NCBI GenBank assembly: GCA_965226375.1
Contig: CBDDCX010000007.1
Location: forward strand, 320,001 to 384,000
Source: Longimicrobiales bacterium
GTDB taxonomy: Bacteria; Gemmatimonadota; Gemmatimonadetes; Longimicrobiales; Gaopeijiaceae
Direction of reading: 5' to 3'
Length of the DNA: 64,000 nt
Below are positions 51,127 through 60,446 of the stretch, in pieces (the stretch's first letter is position 1; each line of letters begins with the position of its first letter). The notes beneath the pieces were generated by a model, which saw only the letters and a program-made list of their open reading frames with translations, was not told the DNA's origin and searched no databases. Position numbers and translations under genes: made by a program.

Positions 51127-51161
51127 GAGAAGGACGGCCTTCGGGCCGCCCTTCTCGTTTT
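51127..51161 (+). terminator. Rho-independent terminator
   Basis: GAGAAGGaCGGCC-TTCG-GGCCGcCCTTCTC followed by GTTTT. Confidence 0.75.
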
Positions 51162-51330
51162 ATGGTCTGGATCCTCGGCGCCCTGGGTGTCGTATTGGAA
51201 GCGGAGTCGGGGGTGGCGGGCCATTCGGGCTTGCGGCCCAGATACACGCCCCGCACCGATCCCATGGAGGCGCTTCGTGCCGAGTGAGCGGGGTACAGCG
51301 AAGGGCAGGGCGTTGACGGACCCCCACGGG

Positions 51331-51460
51331 TGTCCGATTTTGGGACGTACACTCTTGCACGGTGGACCGTCATGTCTCACGTAAAACATTAGATGTTATG
51401 ACATAAATATCTGTGTGACATAATGTCAGGCGCGACTTTCATGACGGGCATGATCATTGC
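51331..51460 (+). promoter_or_regulatory. sigma54-type promoter with enhancer, upstream of the second ATPase/two-component operon
   Basis: GGCATGATCATTGC at 51447-51460; TGTCCG-N5-GGGAC at 51331; AT-rich spacer at 51381-51428. Confidence 0.7.
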
Positions 51461-51517
51461 CCAAGGGAGTTCAGTCGTCGAAACCCGCTGTCGATCCAAC
51501 ATTCAACCACTGGGACC

Positions 51518-52189
51518 ATGGCACTGATCAAGACGAGGGGAATCGAGAAGTCGTACAAGACCGGGGCGGGCGAGACGTTTGTCCTGCGACGGATCGATCT
51601 GGAAATCGGGGCGGGTGATTTCGTGACCATCATGGGTCCGTCTGGCGCCGGCAAGTCCACGCTGCTGTCGATCTTGGGCATGCTCGATGGCGACTGGCGA
51701 GGGGAGTACTGGCTCGGTGACGAACCGGTGCACGCCATGCGGCCGAGGGCTCGCATCGAGCTGAACAAGCGCTATATCGGATTCGTGTTCCAGCAGTATC
51801 ATCTGCTCGACGATCTGACGGTCTACGAGAACCTGGAAATTCCACTCTCCTACCGAAACGTGAAGCGGAAGGAGCGTCAGGCGATCGTTGCCGATTCCTT
51901 GGACCGATTCCAGATCGTCGGCAAGAAGGACCTGTACCCGACGCAGTTGTCCGGTGGGCAACAACAGCTCGTCGCCGTGGCCCGGGCCGTCATCTCCGAG
52001 CCGAAGGTGATTCTGGCCGACGAGCCCACCGGCAGCCTGCACTCGAGCCAGGGCCGGATGATCATGGATCTCCTGGCCCAGCTAAACCGTGAGGGGACCA
52101 CGATCATCCAGGTCACCCATAACGAAGACTACGCCGCCTTCGGGCAGCGCATCATCCAGCTGAAGGACGGCTGGATCGTCGACGAATAG
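51518..52189 (+). CDS. ABC ATP-binding protein (MacB/LolD-type NBD), second paralogue
   Basis: GPSGAGKST, LSGGQQQL, LADEPTGSLHS, VTHN. Confidence 0.93.
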   Translation: MALIKTRGIEKSYKTGAGETFVLRRIDLEIGAGDFVTIMGPSGAGKSTLLSILGMLDGDWRGEYWLGDEPVHAMRPRARIELNKRYIGFVFQQYHLLDDLTVYENLEIPLSYRNVKRKERQAIVADSLDRFQIVGKKDLYPTQLSGGQQQLVAVARAVISEPKVILADEPTGSLHSSQGRMIMDLLAQLNREGTTIIQVTHNEDYAAFGQRIIQLKDGWIVDE

Positions 52190-52200
52190 GGGTAGGTATC

Positions 52201-53586
52201 ATGGGCGCATCCGACGCCCCGTGCGTGCTGGTCGCCGACGACCAGGCTGACGTCTTGGAAGCGCTCCGCCTCCTTCTGAAGGGCGAGGGGTTCGACGTGG
52301 TCACGCTGAGCTCACCCGCCGGCGTTCTGTCGAGCGTCGAAGAGAAGGATTTCGACGCCATCTTGATAGATCTCAACTACACACGCGACACGACGTCCGG
52401 CGAAGAGGGCATGGACCTGCTCACGCAACTCCGCAGTCTCGACGATACTCTTCCGGTTCTGGTGATGACGGCCTGGAGCAGCGTGGACGGGGCGGTTGAG
52501 GCGATGCGTCGAGGGGCGAGAGACTACGTCGAGAAGCCTTGGAACAACGAACGGCTGGTCAAGACCCTCAGGACCCAGATCGAGCTCGGCAGGGCTCTGC
52601 GCCGTGGTCAGCTCCTGGAAGACGAGAATCGGCATCTGCGGGGCAAGGACACACCCGACTTCATCGCTCAGTCCAAGTCTATGGAGCCCGTGCTCCGCAT
52701 CATGGAGCGTGTGGGACCTTCCGAGGCCAACGTGCTCATTACAGGAGAGCACGGGACCGGCAAAGAGGTGGTCGCACGCTGGCTCCATGCCGTGTCGGAG
52801 CGCGCGAAGAATACCCTGGTCGTCGTCAACGTAGGAGGGTTCTCGGAGGGAGTGTTCGAGAGTGAACTCTTCGGCCATGTGAAGGGAGCCTTCACCGATG
52901 CCAAGACCGACCGAATCGGGTGTTTCGAGCTGGCCCATCGGGGCACGCTTTTCCTGGATGAGATCGCCAACATCTCCCGACAGCAGCAGGCCAAACTGCT
53001 CCGGGTCCTGGAGTCCGGCGAGATTCAGAGGGTCGGATCTTCCAAGATCCGCCATGTGGACGTCCGGATCCTTTCGGCCACCAACGCAAAGCTCTCTGAA
53101 CTCGTGGCCTCGGGCGAATTTCGGGAGGATCTCCTCTATCGGCTGAATACCGTCGAGATCGCACTGCCTGCCCTTCGGGAGCGCAAGGAGGACATACCCA
53201 GCCTGGCCCTCCACTTTCTGGAGCGGCAGCGCTCCCGTTACGGTCGCAAGGTCGAAGGCTTTGCAGACGACGCGATGCAGGCACTGATCAGTCACCCGTG
53301 GCCCGGAAACGTGCGAGAGCTCGAGCACGCCGTCGAGCGGGCTATCTTGATGGCCCAGGCCGATCGCATTTGCGCTGAGGACCTCGGGCTTCGGAGGCGC
53401 GCTGAAGGCGGCACCCAGATGGAAGACCTCACGTTGGATGAGGCGGAGCAGATCCTCATCGAGAGGGCCTTGAGCCGGAACGACGGTAACGTGTCCAAGG
53501 CGGCCGACGAGCTCGGACTGAGTCGTAGCGCCCTCTATCGACGCCTTCAGCGCTATGGTCTCGGCGGCGAGCCGGAGACTGCATGA
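52201..53586 (+). CDS. sigma54-dependent response regulator (NtrC/AtoC family)
   Basis: REC domain, GEHGTGKE, ESELFGHVKGAFTDA, FLDEI, WPGNVRELEH, Fis HTH. Confidence 0.95.
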   Translation: MGASDAPCVLVADDQADVLEALRLLLKGEGFDVVTLSSPAGVLSSVEEKDFDAILIDLNYTRDTTSGEEGMDLLTQLRSLDDTLPVLVMTAWSSVDGAVEAMRRGARDYVEKPWNNERLVKTLRTQIELGRALRRGQLLEDENRHLRGKDTPDFIAQSKSMEPVLRIMERVGPSEANVLITGEHGTGKEVVARWLHAVSERAKNTLVVVNVGGFSEGVFESELFGHVKGAFTDAKTDRIGCFELAHRGTLFLDEIANISRQQQAKLLRVLESGEIQRVGSSKIRHVDVRILSATNAKLSELVASGEFREDLLYRLNTVEIALPALRERKEDIPSLALHFLERQRSRYGRKVEGFADDAMQALISHPWPGNVRELEHAVERAILMAQADRICAEDLGLRRRAEGGTQMEDLTLDEAEQILIERALSRNDGNVSKAADELGLSRSALYRRLQRYGLGGEPETA

Positions 53587-54971
53587 AACGGTGGTGGGAG
53601 CATGTCCGCCATGACTACCGTATCGTCCTGTTGGTTCTCCTCGGGGGCCTGCCGGGAATGGCCCTCGCCCTCGGCTTTCTGTGGTTGGGACCCTACTCCG
53701 CCCGCCTCCAGTGGACTCTTTCCGTGTTGTTGTTCGGGAGTTGGTTCGGTTTCACTTATGCGGTGCGCGAACGGGTCGTCCGTCCTCTCCAGACTCTCTC
53801 CAACATGTTGGCGGCGCTCCGGGAGGGAGATTTCTCGATACGGGTGAGGGGAGCCGGCACCAAGGGTCCTCTGGCCATCGCCTATCTGGAGGCGAACGCC
53901 CTAGAGGAGGTTCTCCGAGAGCAGAGGCTCGGGGCGGTCGAGGCTACGGTGCTCCTGCGCAAGGTCCTGGAGGAGGTGGACCTCGCCGTGTTCGCGTTCG
54001 ACGAGGACGAGACCCTCCGGTTGCTCAATCGGGCCGGCGAGAGGCTCGTGGGCCAGCCGAGCGAGCGTGTGATCGGGATGTCCGCAACCGAACTCCGCCT
54101 GCATGAAACGCTGTATGGCGTGGCACCGCGGACACTGGAGCTCAGCCATCCCGGCGGCACGGGGCGCTGGGAACTGCGCCGGACGATCGTGCGGCAGGAG
54201 GGACAGCCTCTCCGCCTTATCGTGCTCGCCGACCTCCGTCGGGCACTGAGGGAGGAAGAGCGTCAGGCTTGGAAGAGGATCATCCGGGTGTTGAGCCACG
54301 AGATCAACAACTCGCTGGCGCCGATCAAGTCCATTGCCGGTAGCCTGCAGAGCCTCACGCAGCGCAAGGCCCTCCCCGCCGAGATCGAGGAGGACGTGGG
54401 CAGCGGGCTCAAGGTCATCTCGAGCAGGGCGGAGGCCCTGGGCCGATTCATGGCCTCGTACGCTCAGCTCGCCAGGCTCCCCGAGCCCCATCTCGGACCG
54501 GTAGAGGTCGGTGCTCTCGTGCGACGCATCGTGGCCGTCGAGACCCGCATGGAGGTGGGGGTCGATCCGGGACTGGACCTCACGGTTCAGGCGGATGCGG
54601 ACCAGCTGGAGCAGCTTCTTATCAACTTGGTCCGAAACGCGGTCGACGCGTCACTCGAAACGAACGGCCGAGTCAAGCTGGTCTGGCAGCTCAGGGGGAA
54701 TCACCTCCACGTACTGGTGGAGGACGAGGGACCCGGACTCACGGGAGATACGGGTAATCTCTTCGTGCCGTTCTACACGACGAAGCCGGGGGGAAGCGGA
54801 ATCGGCCTGGCCCTCTGTCGCCAGATCGCCGAGGGGCACGGGGGCACTTTGACTCTGGAGAACCGAGCGAGTGGCAGAGGCGCTCGGGCTCGTCTCACGA
54901 TTCCACTCGACTTGGGATCTTCCACGGCGGTGGCGTCGCTGGCAGCCACGACACCCCAGGGGTCCGACTAG
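53583..54971 (+). CDS. Sensor histidine kinase (NtrY-like)
   Basis: 2 TM, HAMP/PAS-like region, LSHEINNSL, NLVRNA, DEGPG, FYTTK..GSGIGL. Confidence 0.93.
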   Translation: MKRWWEHVRHDYRIVLLVLLGGLPGMALALGFLWLGPYSARLQWTLSVLLFGSWFGFTYAVRERVVRPLQTLSNMLAALREGDFSIRVRGAGTKGPLAIAYLEANALEEVLREQRLGAVEATVLLRKVLEEVDLAVFAFDEDETLRLLNRAGERLVGQPSERVIGMSATELRLHETLYGVAPRTLELSHPGGTGRWELRRTIVRQEGQPLRLIVLADLRRALREEERQAWKRIIRVLSHEINNSLAPIKSIAGSLQSLTQRKALPAEIEEDVGSGLKVISSRAEALGRFMASYAQLARLPEPHLGPVEVGALVRRIVAVETRMEVGVDPGLDLTVQADADQLEQLLINLVRNAVDASLETNGRVKLVWQLRGNHLHVLVEDEGPGLTGDTGNLFVPFYTTKPGGSGIGLALCRQIAEGHGGTLTLENRASGRGARARLTIPLDLGSSTAVASLAATTPQGSD

Positions 54972-54996
54972 ACCTCCCCCGGCGTCCTCAGCGTGC

Positions 54997-55575
54997 TCAC
55001 GGCGTCCGTGCCACGACCTCCAGAAGCGCGCTGATCTCTTCGATCGAGGCGTCATGAAGGAAACTCTCGGCTATCCGCCCATTCCGGTCGATCAGGAAGG
55101 TGCGAGCCGAATGGTCGAACATCGAGTCATCCTCCACGCTTTGTTCGAAGTAAACTCCATACGGATCCGCCACGCTTCGGATCTCGTCGATGGTGCCGCG
55201 GAGCCCGATGAAGCTCGGATCGACGGCTCCCAGGTATTGGGCCAGACGCTCCGCCGAGTCCCTCTCCGGGTCTACGGTGACAAAGAGAACGTTGGCCGCA
55301 TAAGCGTTTCTGGCGTTCGCTTCGGCGAGCTTGGCCAGCGTGAGCGGGCAGACGTCGGGGCAGTGGGTGTATCCGAAGAAGATGGCCACCGCCTCACCCT
55401 CGAAATCGGATAGCGAAACGCTGCGACCGGTGGGGCTCGTGAGGGTGAAGTCCGGGGCAGGATAGGGCTGGAATCCCGTGGAAACCGCAGGGCCCTGCCC
55501 TCGGGGCCACACCACGGCCAAGGCCACGACGAGACCTGCGAGAGTGCCAATGAGGACTTGGACGAGGCGTTTCAT
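54997..55575 (-). CDS. SCO1/SenC family copper chaperone
   Basis: FFGYTHCPDVCP, TVDPERD, DHS. Confidence 0.93.
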   Translation of the reverse strand: MKRLVQVLIGTLAGLVVALAVVWPRGQGPAVSTGFQPYPAPDFTLTSPTGRSVSLSDFEGEAVAIFFGYTHCPDVCPLTLAKLAEANARNAYAANVLFVTVDPERDSAERLAQYLGAVDPSFIGLRGTIDEIRSVADPYGVYFEQSVEDDSMFDHSARTFLIDRNGRIAESFLHDASIEEISALLEVVARTP

Positions 55576-55758
55576 GGGGAGTCCACCAGAGGAGGCGGAC
55601 AGGCTTCGATGGGAGGACGTTTCCGGGTGGCACAGGCTCTTGGATGCTTACCGCGCGAAGCGTATGGTTCGACCACGCATCCCGCAACGCTTCTGGGGAA
55701 CGCTGTGTCGAACAGTCGGAACAGAAAAACACGGGCGGAAGACAAGAGGCCAGGCGCT

Positions 55759-56298
55759 TTGAGCGAGCACGAACTGATCGAGCGATCACGACAGGGAGAG
55801 CATGCCGCTTTCCGGGAGCTCTACAACAGCAATGTCGATCGCATCTACCGCCTGACCTCCCGCATGGCCGGGGACGACGATCTGGCGCGTGACTTCACGC
55901 AGGAGGCGTTCGTGCGGGCCTACCAGAAGCTCGACCAGTTCAGGGAAGATGCCTCCTTTTCGACGTGGCTGCACTCCATCGCGGTCTCCGTGACGCTGAA
56001 TGGGCTCAGAAAGGTTCAGCGCAGCCGGTTGAGGGAACGGACGCTCGACGAGGCTCCGTACCTCACGGCCCCGCAGACAACGGCGGAGCCGGACATGAAA
56101 AGCAGGTTGAAGGAAGCTATCGACGGCCTTCCGGAGCTATACAGGACGGTGTTCTTGATGCACGACCTCGAGGGGTACAGCCACAACGAGATCGCTACCA
56201 CGCTCGACGTGGCAGAGGGGACCTCGAAGGCACGGCTGTCCAGGGCGCGCGCCAAGCTGCGGGACATGCTGGGCGACTTCGCAGAGGAGTACGCGTGA
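55759..56298 (+). CDS. ECF RNA polymerase sigma factor
   Basis: D.TQEAFVRA, FSTWL, region 4 EGYSH.EIA..GTSKARL.RAR. Confidence 0.92.
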   Translation: MSEHELIERSRQGEHAAFRELYNSNVDRIYRLTSRMAGDDDLARDFTQEAFVRAYQKLDQFREDASFSTWLHSIAVSVTLNGLRKVQRSRLRERTLDEAPYLTAPQTTAEPDMKSRLKEAIDGLPELYRTVFLMHDLEGYSHNEIATTLDVAEGTSKARLSRARAKLRDMLGDFAEEYA

Positions 56299-56339
56299 GA
56301 AGCATCGACGGAGGAGCGACCACGGAGGAGCGACGACGG

Positions 56340-57128
56340 ATGAATGACGACGGATTCATGAAACGGTTCGAAGCCATGCGAGAGGCCTATCACGCCCCGC
56401 CGGCAACGCCGCGGGACGAGATCTGGGACACGATCGAATCAACGTTGGCTCAGGCCTCGCCCGAGGAGGTTCTGACGAGCATGAGAGAAGAGTATCAGAG
56501 TCCTCCGGAGACACCGCGGGAGGAGATGTGGAGCGCCGTCGAAGCCGCGCTCCCAAGCGCCCCGAGTGAACCCGCAGACGTCATCTCTCTCGGCAAGGCG
56601 CGCCAGAGCAGGGAGGCGCGCAAGCCCGTTTGGCGTCGGCAGTGGACGGCGGTGGCTACAGCCGCGGCGGCGCTGCTGGTGCTGGGCGTCGGACTCGGAC
56701 GGATGTCGGTGGAGCCCGTTGAGACGCCTGTAGAGTTGGCGGCCAACGATGTGGCGCCCACGGCGGAGCGCTCCTTCCAGGCCGTGGCGGTGGAATACCT
56801 CACGCGCACCGAGTCCGTTCTGACCATGGTGAGTTCGGATGCGCGGGCCGGAAGAATCGACGCGGAGGTCAGTCAGTGGGGACGTACGCTGCTGCTGCAG
56901 ACGCGCTTGCTGCTCGACTCACCTGCGGCGCAGGACCAGGTCCTCCGGGAGCTGTTGGAAGACCTCGAGGTGATCCTCATTCAGGTGGCTCGGCTGTCTC
57001 CGGGCCAGTTCGACGAAAGAGTCCAAAATGATGAGTTGGATTTCATCAACGAAGGGCTCGACGATAACGACATGATGCTGCGGATTCGGTCGGTGATTCC
57101 GACCGGGGCCATCCAGGCTGGAATCTAG
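56340..57128 (+). CDS. Putative anti-sigma factor (single TM)
   Basis: Follows the ECF gene; duplicated P..PR.E.W motif, one TM, helical C-terminal domain; start could be GTG 56295. Confidence 0.7.
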   Translation: MNDDGFMKRFEAMREAYHAPPATPRDEIWDTIESTLAQASPEEVLTSMREEYQSPPETPREEMWSAVEAALPSAPSEPADVISLGKARQSREARKPVWRRQWTAVATAAAALLVLGVGLGRMSVEPVETPVELAANDVAPTAERSFQAVAVEYLTRTESVLTMVSSDARAGRIDAEVSQWGRTLLLQTRLLLDSPAAQDQVLRELLEDLEVILIQVARLSPGQFDERVQNDELDFINEGLDDNDMMLRIRSVIPTGAIQAGI

Positions 57129-57133
57129 GAGGG

Positions 57134-58504
57134 ATGATGAGAACGTCCACGAAGCTGGCGTTGACGGGAATGGTGTTTTTCGGACTGGTGACCTCAGCCG
57201 TGGCCCAGGAGTCGTCGGTAGGCAGGGCGGGAAACGGGCTCCGAGCGGCGGCGGTGGCTGTCGAGCTTCAGGCCGATACCGCGGAAGCGGTCTACAGGGA
57301 CGCCCGGCGGGCACTGAACAGGTCAGAGTTCCGTGAGGCTGCCCGCCTCTTCCGGCAACTCCGGCGCGACTATCCGACCTCGGACTATGTCGGTGATTCC
57401 TACTACTTCGAGGCTTTCGCACTGTATCGAGACGGTAGGATGAGCGGCATGGAGAGAGCGCTCGATCTGCTGGCCCAACAGGCCGACGGATATCCCGATG
57501 CCTCCACGCGTGAAGACGCCCCCTCTCTGCGGGTGCAGATCGAAGGCGCTCTGGCACGGAGGGGTAACCGCGAAGCGGGCCGGAGGGTACAGGAACGGGC
57601 TTCGGAATCGGGTGAGTGCGGGGATCAGGAGCTCCGCACGATGGCCCTGAATGCGCTGTTGAACATGAATGCGGAGCGGGCGCTACCGATCCTCAAGGAG
57701 GTCCTGGAGACCCGCGACGAATGCTCCGTGGAGCTGCGCCGGCAGGCCGTGTTCCTCGTCTCCCAGCACATGACGAGCGAGACGGTGGACATCTTGCTCG
57801 ATCTTGCGCACCGGAACCCCGACCCGGACTCCGAGGTCCGCGAGCAGGCCGTCTTCTGGCTCTCCCAGGTGGACTCACCGGAAGCTATCGACGCCCTCGA
57901 GAACATCCTCAGGACATCGGACGATCGTGAGATCCAGGAGAAGGCGATCTTCGCCCTGTCCCAGCACTCGGGCACGCGATCCACGGACATCCTCAAGGAG
58001 TACGCGGAGCGCAGGGATGTACCGGAAGAGCTCCGGGAGAACGCCATATTCTGGCTCGGCCAGAGCCCGGGAGGTGGGGAGTACCTGCGTGAGCTCTACG
58101 CCAGCGCGGACAGTGAGACCCTGAAGGAAAAGATCATCTTCGGTGTGGCGCAGTCCGGAGACCGAGCGGACGGTGCTTGGCTCCTGGAACGGGCGTTGGA
58201 CCGGGGGGAGCCGATCGATGTGCGAAAGAACGCCCTCTTCTGGGCGGGTCAGATGGGCATGGATGTCGGCCGGCTGGCGGAGCTTTACTCGAGCGTGACG
58301 GATCGTGAGATGAAGGAGCAGATCATCTTTGTGCTCTCCCAGAGCTCCGACGAGCGCGAGGCCGTGGACCAGCTCATGCAGATCGCACGGGAAGAGCAGG
58401 ATACGGAGCTCCAGAAGAATGCGATCTTCTGGCTCGGCCAGATGGACGACGACCGTGTGCCCGAGTTTCTGCTTGATCTGATCCGTGGCGGAGGTGCTCG
58501 ATGA
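57134..58504 (+). CDS. Exported TPR-like plus HEAT-repeat protein
   Basis: Signal peptide, A..Y..A...F...YP.S.Y TPR-like unit, repeated A(I/V)FWL(S/G)Q units. Confidence 0.85.
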   Translation: MMRTSTKLALTGMVFFGLVTSAVAQESSVGRAGNGLRAAAVAVELQADTAEAVYRDARRALNRSEFREAARLFRQLRRDYPTSDYVGDSYYFEAFALYRDGRMSGMERALDLLAQQADGYPDASTREDAPSLRVQIEGALARRGNREAGRRVQERASESGECGDQELRTMALNALLNMNAERALPILKEVLETRDECSVELRRQAVFLVSQHMTSETVDILLDLAHRNPDPDSEVREQAVFWLSQVDSPEAIDALENILRTSDDREIQEKAIFALSQHSGTRSTDILKEYAERRDVPEELRENAIFWLGQSPGGGEYLRELYASADSETLKEKIIFGVAQSGDRADGAWLLERALDRGEPIDVRKNALFWAGQMGMDVGRLAELYSSVTDREMKEQIIFVLSQSSDEREAVDQLMQIAREEQDTELQKNAIFWLGQMDDDRVPEFLLDLIRGGGAR

Positions 58505-60444
58505 ATCGGAGGACGAGCGTGCCCGCCGCCCGCGTACGGCAGCGTGCTGGACTCCGGGTGGTCGCTGTGACGCTCGCGCTTGCAGCGAGCCTCGGAGTGA
58601 TGGCCGGCTCGGCGTCGGGCCAGTCGCTCGAAGATGAGGTGCGCGGGGCGCAGGACGGGTCAGTGGTCTTCGAGTACGCCACACACCACGACGTAGAGCT
58701 CTGTGGCGACGGAGGTATGAATTGGGGAGGCTCCTGGACTCGACTGGGGCGGCATCGCGACGACTGCTCGGTAGGCGTGGCCCAGGCCGAGTTGCGGGTG
58801 CGTGACGGTGTGGTCACCGACATCGCACTGGGGCCGCCGTCCGGAGGCCGAGCATCGAGGGAGAACACGCGTCTCGGTGAGCGGGATCCGCAGGAGGTTG
58901 CCGACTTTTTCCTGGTGCTGGCCCGCACCAGCTCACGTCGAGAGGTGGCGGAAGATGCGCTCATGCCGGCCGTCATCGCCGACGGTGTGACCGTGTGGCG
59001 GGAGCTCGACGGTATCGTCCGCGACGAGGATCTGGGTGATGACGTGCGGGAATCGGCCGTTTTCTGGCTCTCACAGGTGGAAGATGAGCGGGCCCTGGAC
59101 GCCCTGGTGTCGATCCTGGAGGACAGCCGCGATCCCGAGATCCAGGAGAAAGCCGTCTTCGGCATCTCGCAGCACGACAGTCCGCGCTCCACCGAGATGC
59201 TCAAGAATGACGCCGGTGACTCGGGAGCTCCGGACGACATTCGGGAAAACGCCATCTTCTGGCTCGGCCAGAGCGATGGAGGCGGCGAATATCTCCGGGA
59301 CCTGTACGGCAGTGTCGAGAGGCGATCGCTTAAGGAGAAGATCATCTTCGGCGTCTCCCAGTCCGGCGACGATGCCGATGCCGAGTGGCTCATCGACCGG
59401 GCCCTCGATCCCGGCGAGTCCACCGAGGTGCGCAAGAACGCGCTCTTCTGGGCGGGTCAGACCGGCGTGGAGGCGAGTCGTTTGGCGGGCCTCTACGAGG
59501 ACGTATCCGACCACGAGCTGAAAGAGCAGATCATCTTCGCCCTCTCGCAGAGCTCGCACGAACGGGACGCGGTTCTCGTGGAGGCCGAGGCGACACATCT
59601 CGATCCCCTCAAGGGTGCGTTCGAGAGTGCGTCTGGACCGTCCGTGGAAGTCGAATGGGCGGCGGGGATGTCTAAGGCTCTCAAGGCTCTCTCCCGGGGG
59701 GGCATCGACGCCGTGATCCTCGATCCGGAGCTTCCCGACAGCCAGGGGCTGACGAGCTTCGAGCGTATGTACGCGTTCGCCCCCGACGTTCCGATCATCG
59801 TCCTCACCGAGGATGACGACCAGGATCTGGCGGTTCGGACGGTGCAGGGCGGAGCGCAAGACTGCATGACGATGCGAGAGGCGGAACCCAACGTTCTGGT
59901 ACGTACGGTACGTTATGCCATCGAGCGTCACCGGCTGCTCTCGGCTCTGCGCAGCCTGTCCCTGATCGATGACCTGACCAGCCTCTACAACCGGCGTGGA
60001 TTCAAGGACTTGGGCGAGCAGTATCTGAAGTTGGCCCGCCGCACGTCCAAAGGTGTGTCGCTCGTCTATGTGGATATCGACCGCTTCAAGACGATCAACG
60101 ACACCTTGGGGCATCACGTGGGGGATCGTGCGCTGCGATACGTGGCCGATACCCTTCGGGCGACGTTTCGACGTTCGGATATCATCGCTCGGATGGGTGG
60201 GGACGAATTCGCTGTCCTGGCCATGGAGGCGACGAGTGAAGACACGGCTCAGCTCGTCGCACGACTTCGTGCGGAGCTGGACGAGCTCAACGATCACACC
60301 AAAGAGCAGTTCCAACTCTCGCTGAGCGTCGGCACGACGCGGTATGTCGGAGAGGACGTCACGAGCCTCGACGATCTTCTCACCAGAGCGGACGCCGCGA
60401 TGTATGCCGAGAAGCGTGACAAGAGAAGGGCCATGGTGCCCTGA
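58501..60444 (+). CDS. HEAT-repeat protein fused in frame to REC-GGDEF (probable chimera)
   Basis: Signal peptide and HEAT repeats collinear with the upstream paralogue, abrupt switch near 59573 to REC (ILDPELPD) and GGDEF (RRSD..RMGGDEF). Confidence 0.7.
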   Translation: MNRRTSVPAARVRQRAGLRVVAVTLALAASLGVMAGSASGQSLEDEVRGAQDGSVVFEYATHHDVELCGDGGMNWGGSWTRLGRHRDDCSVGVAQAELRVRDGVVTDIALGPPSGGRASRENTRLGERDPQEVADFFLVLARTSSRREVAEDALMPAVIADGVTVWRELDGIVRDEDLGDDVRESAVFWLSQVEDERALDALVSILEDSRDPEIQEKAVFGISQHDSPRSTEMLKNDAGDSGAPDDIRENAIFWLGQSDGGGEYLRDLYGSVERRSLKEKIIFGVSQSGDDADAEWLIDRALDPGESTEVRKNALFWAGQTGVEASRLAGLYEDVSDHELKEQIIFALSQSSHERDAVLVEAEATHLDPLKGAFESASGPSVEVEWAAGMSKALKALSRGGIDAVILDPELPDSQGLTSFERMYAFAPDVPIIVLTEDDDQDLAVRTVQGGAQDCMTMREAEPNVLVRTVRYAIERHRLLSALRSLSLIDDLTSLYNRRGFKDLGEQYLKLARRTSKGVSLVYVDIDRFKTINDTLGHHVGDRALRYVADTLRATFRRSDIIARMGGDEFAVLAMEATSEDTAQLVARLRAELDELNDHTKEQFQLSLSVGTTRYVGEDVTSLDDLLTRADAAMYAEKRDKRRAMVP

Positions 60445-60446
60445 TC

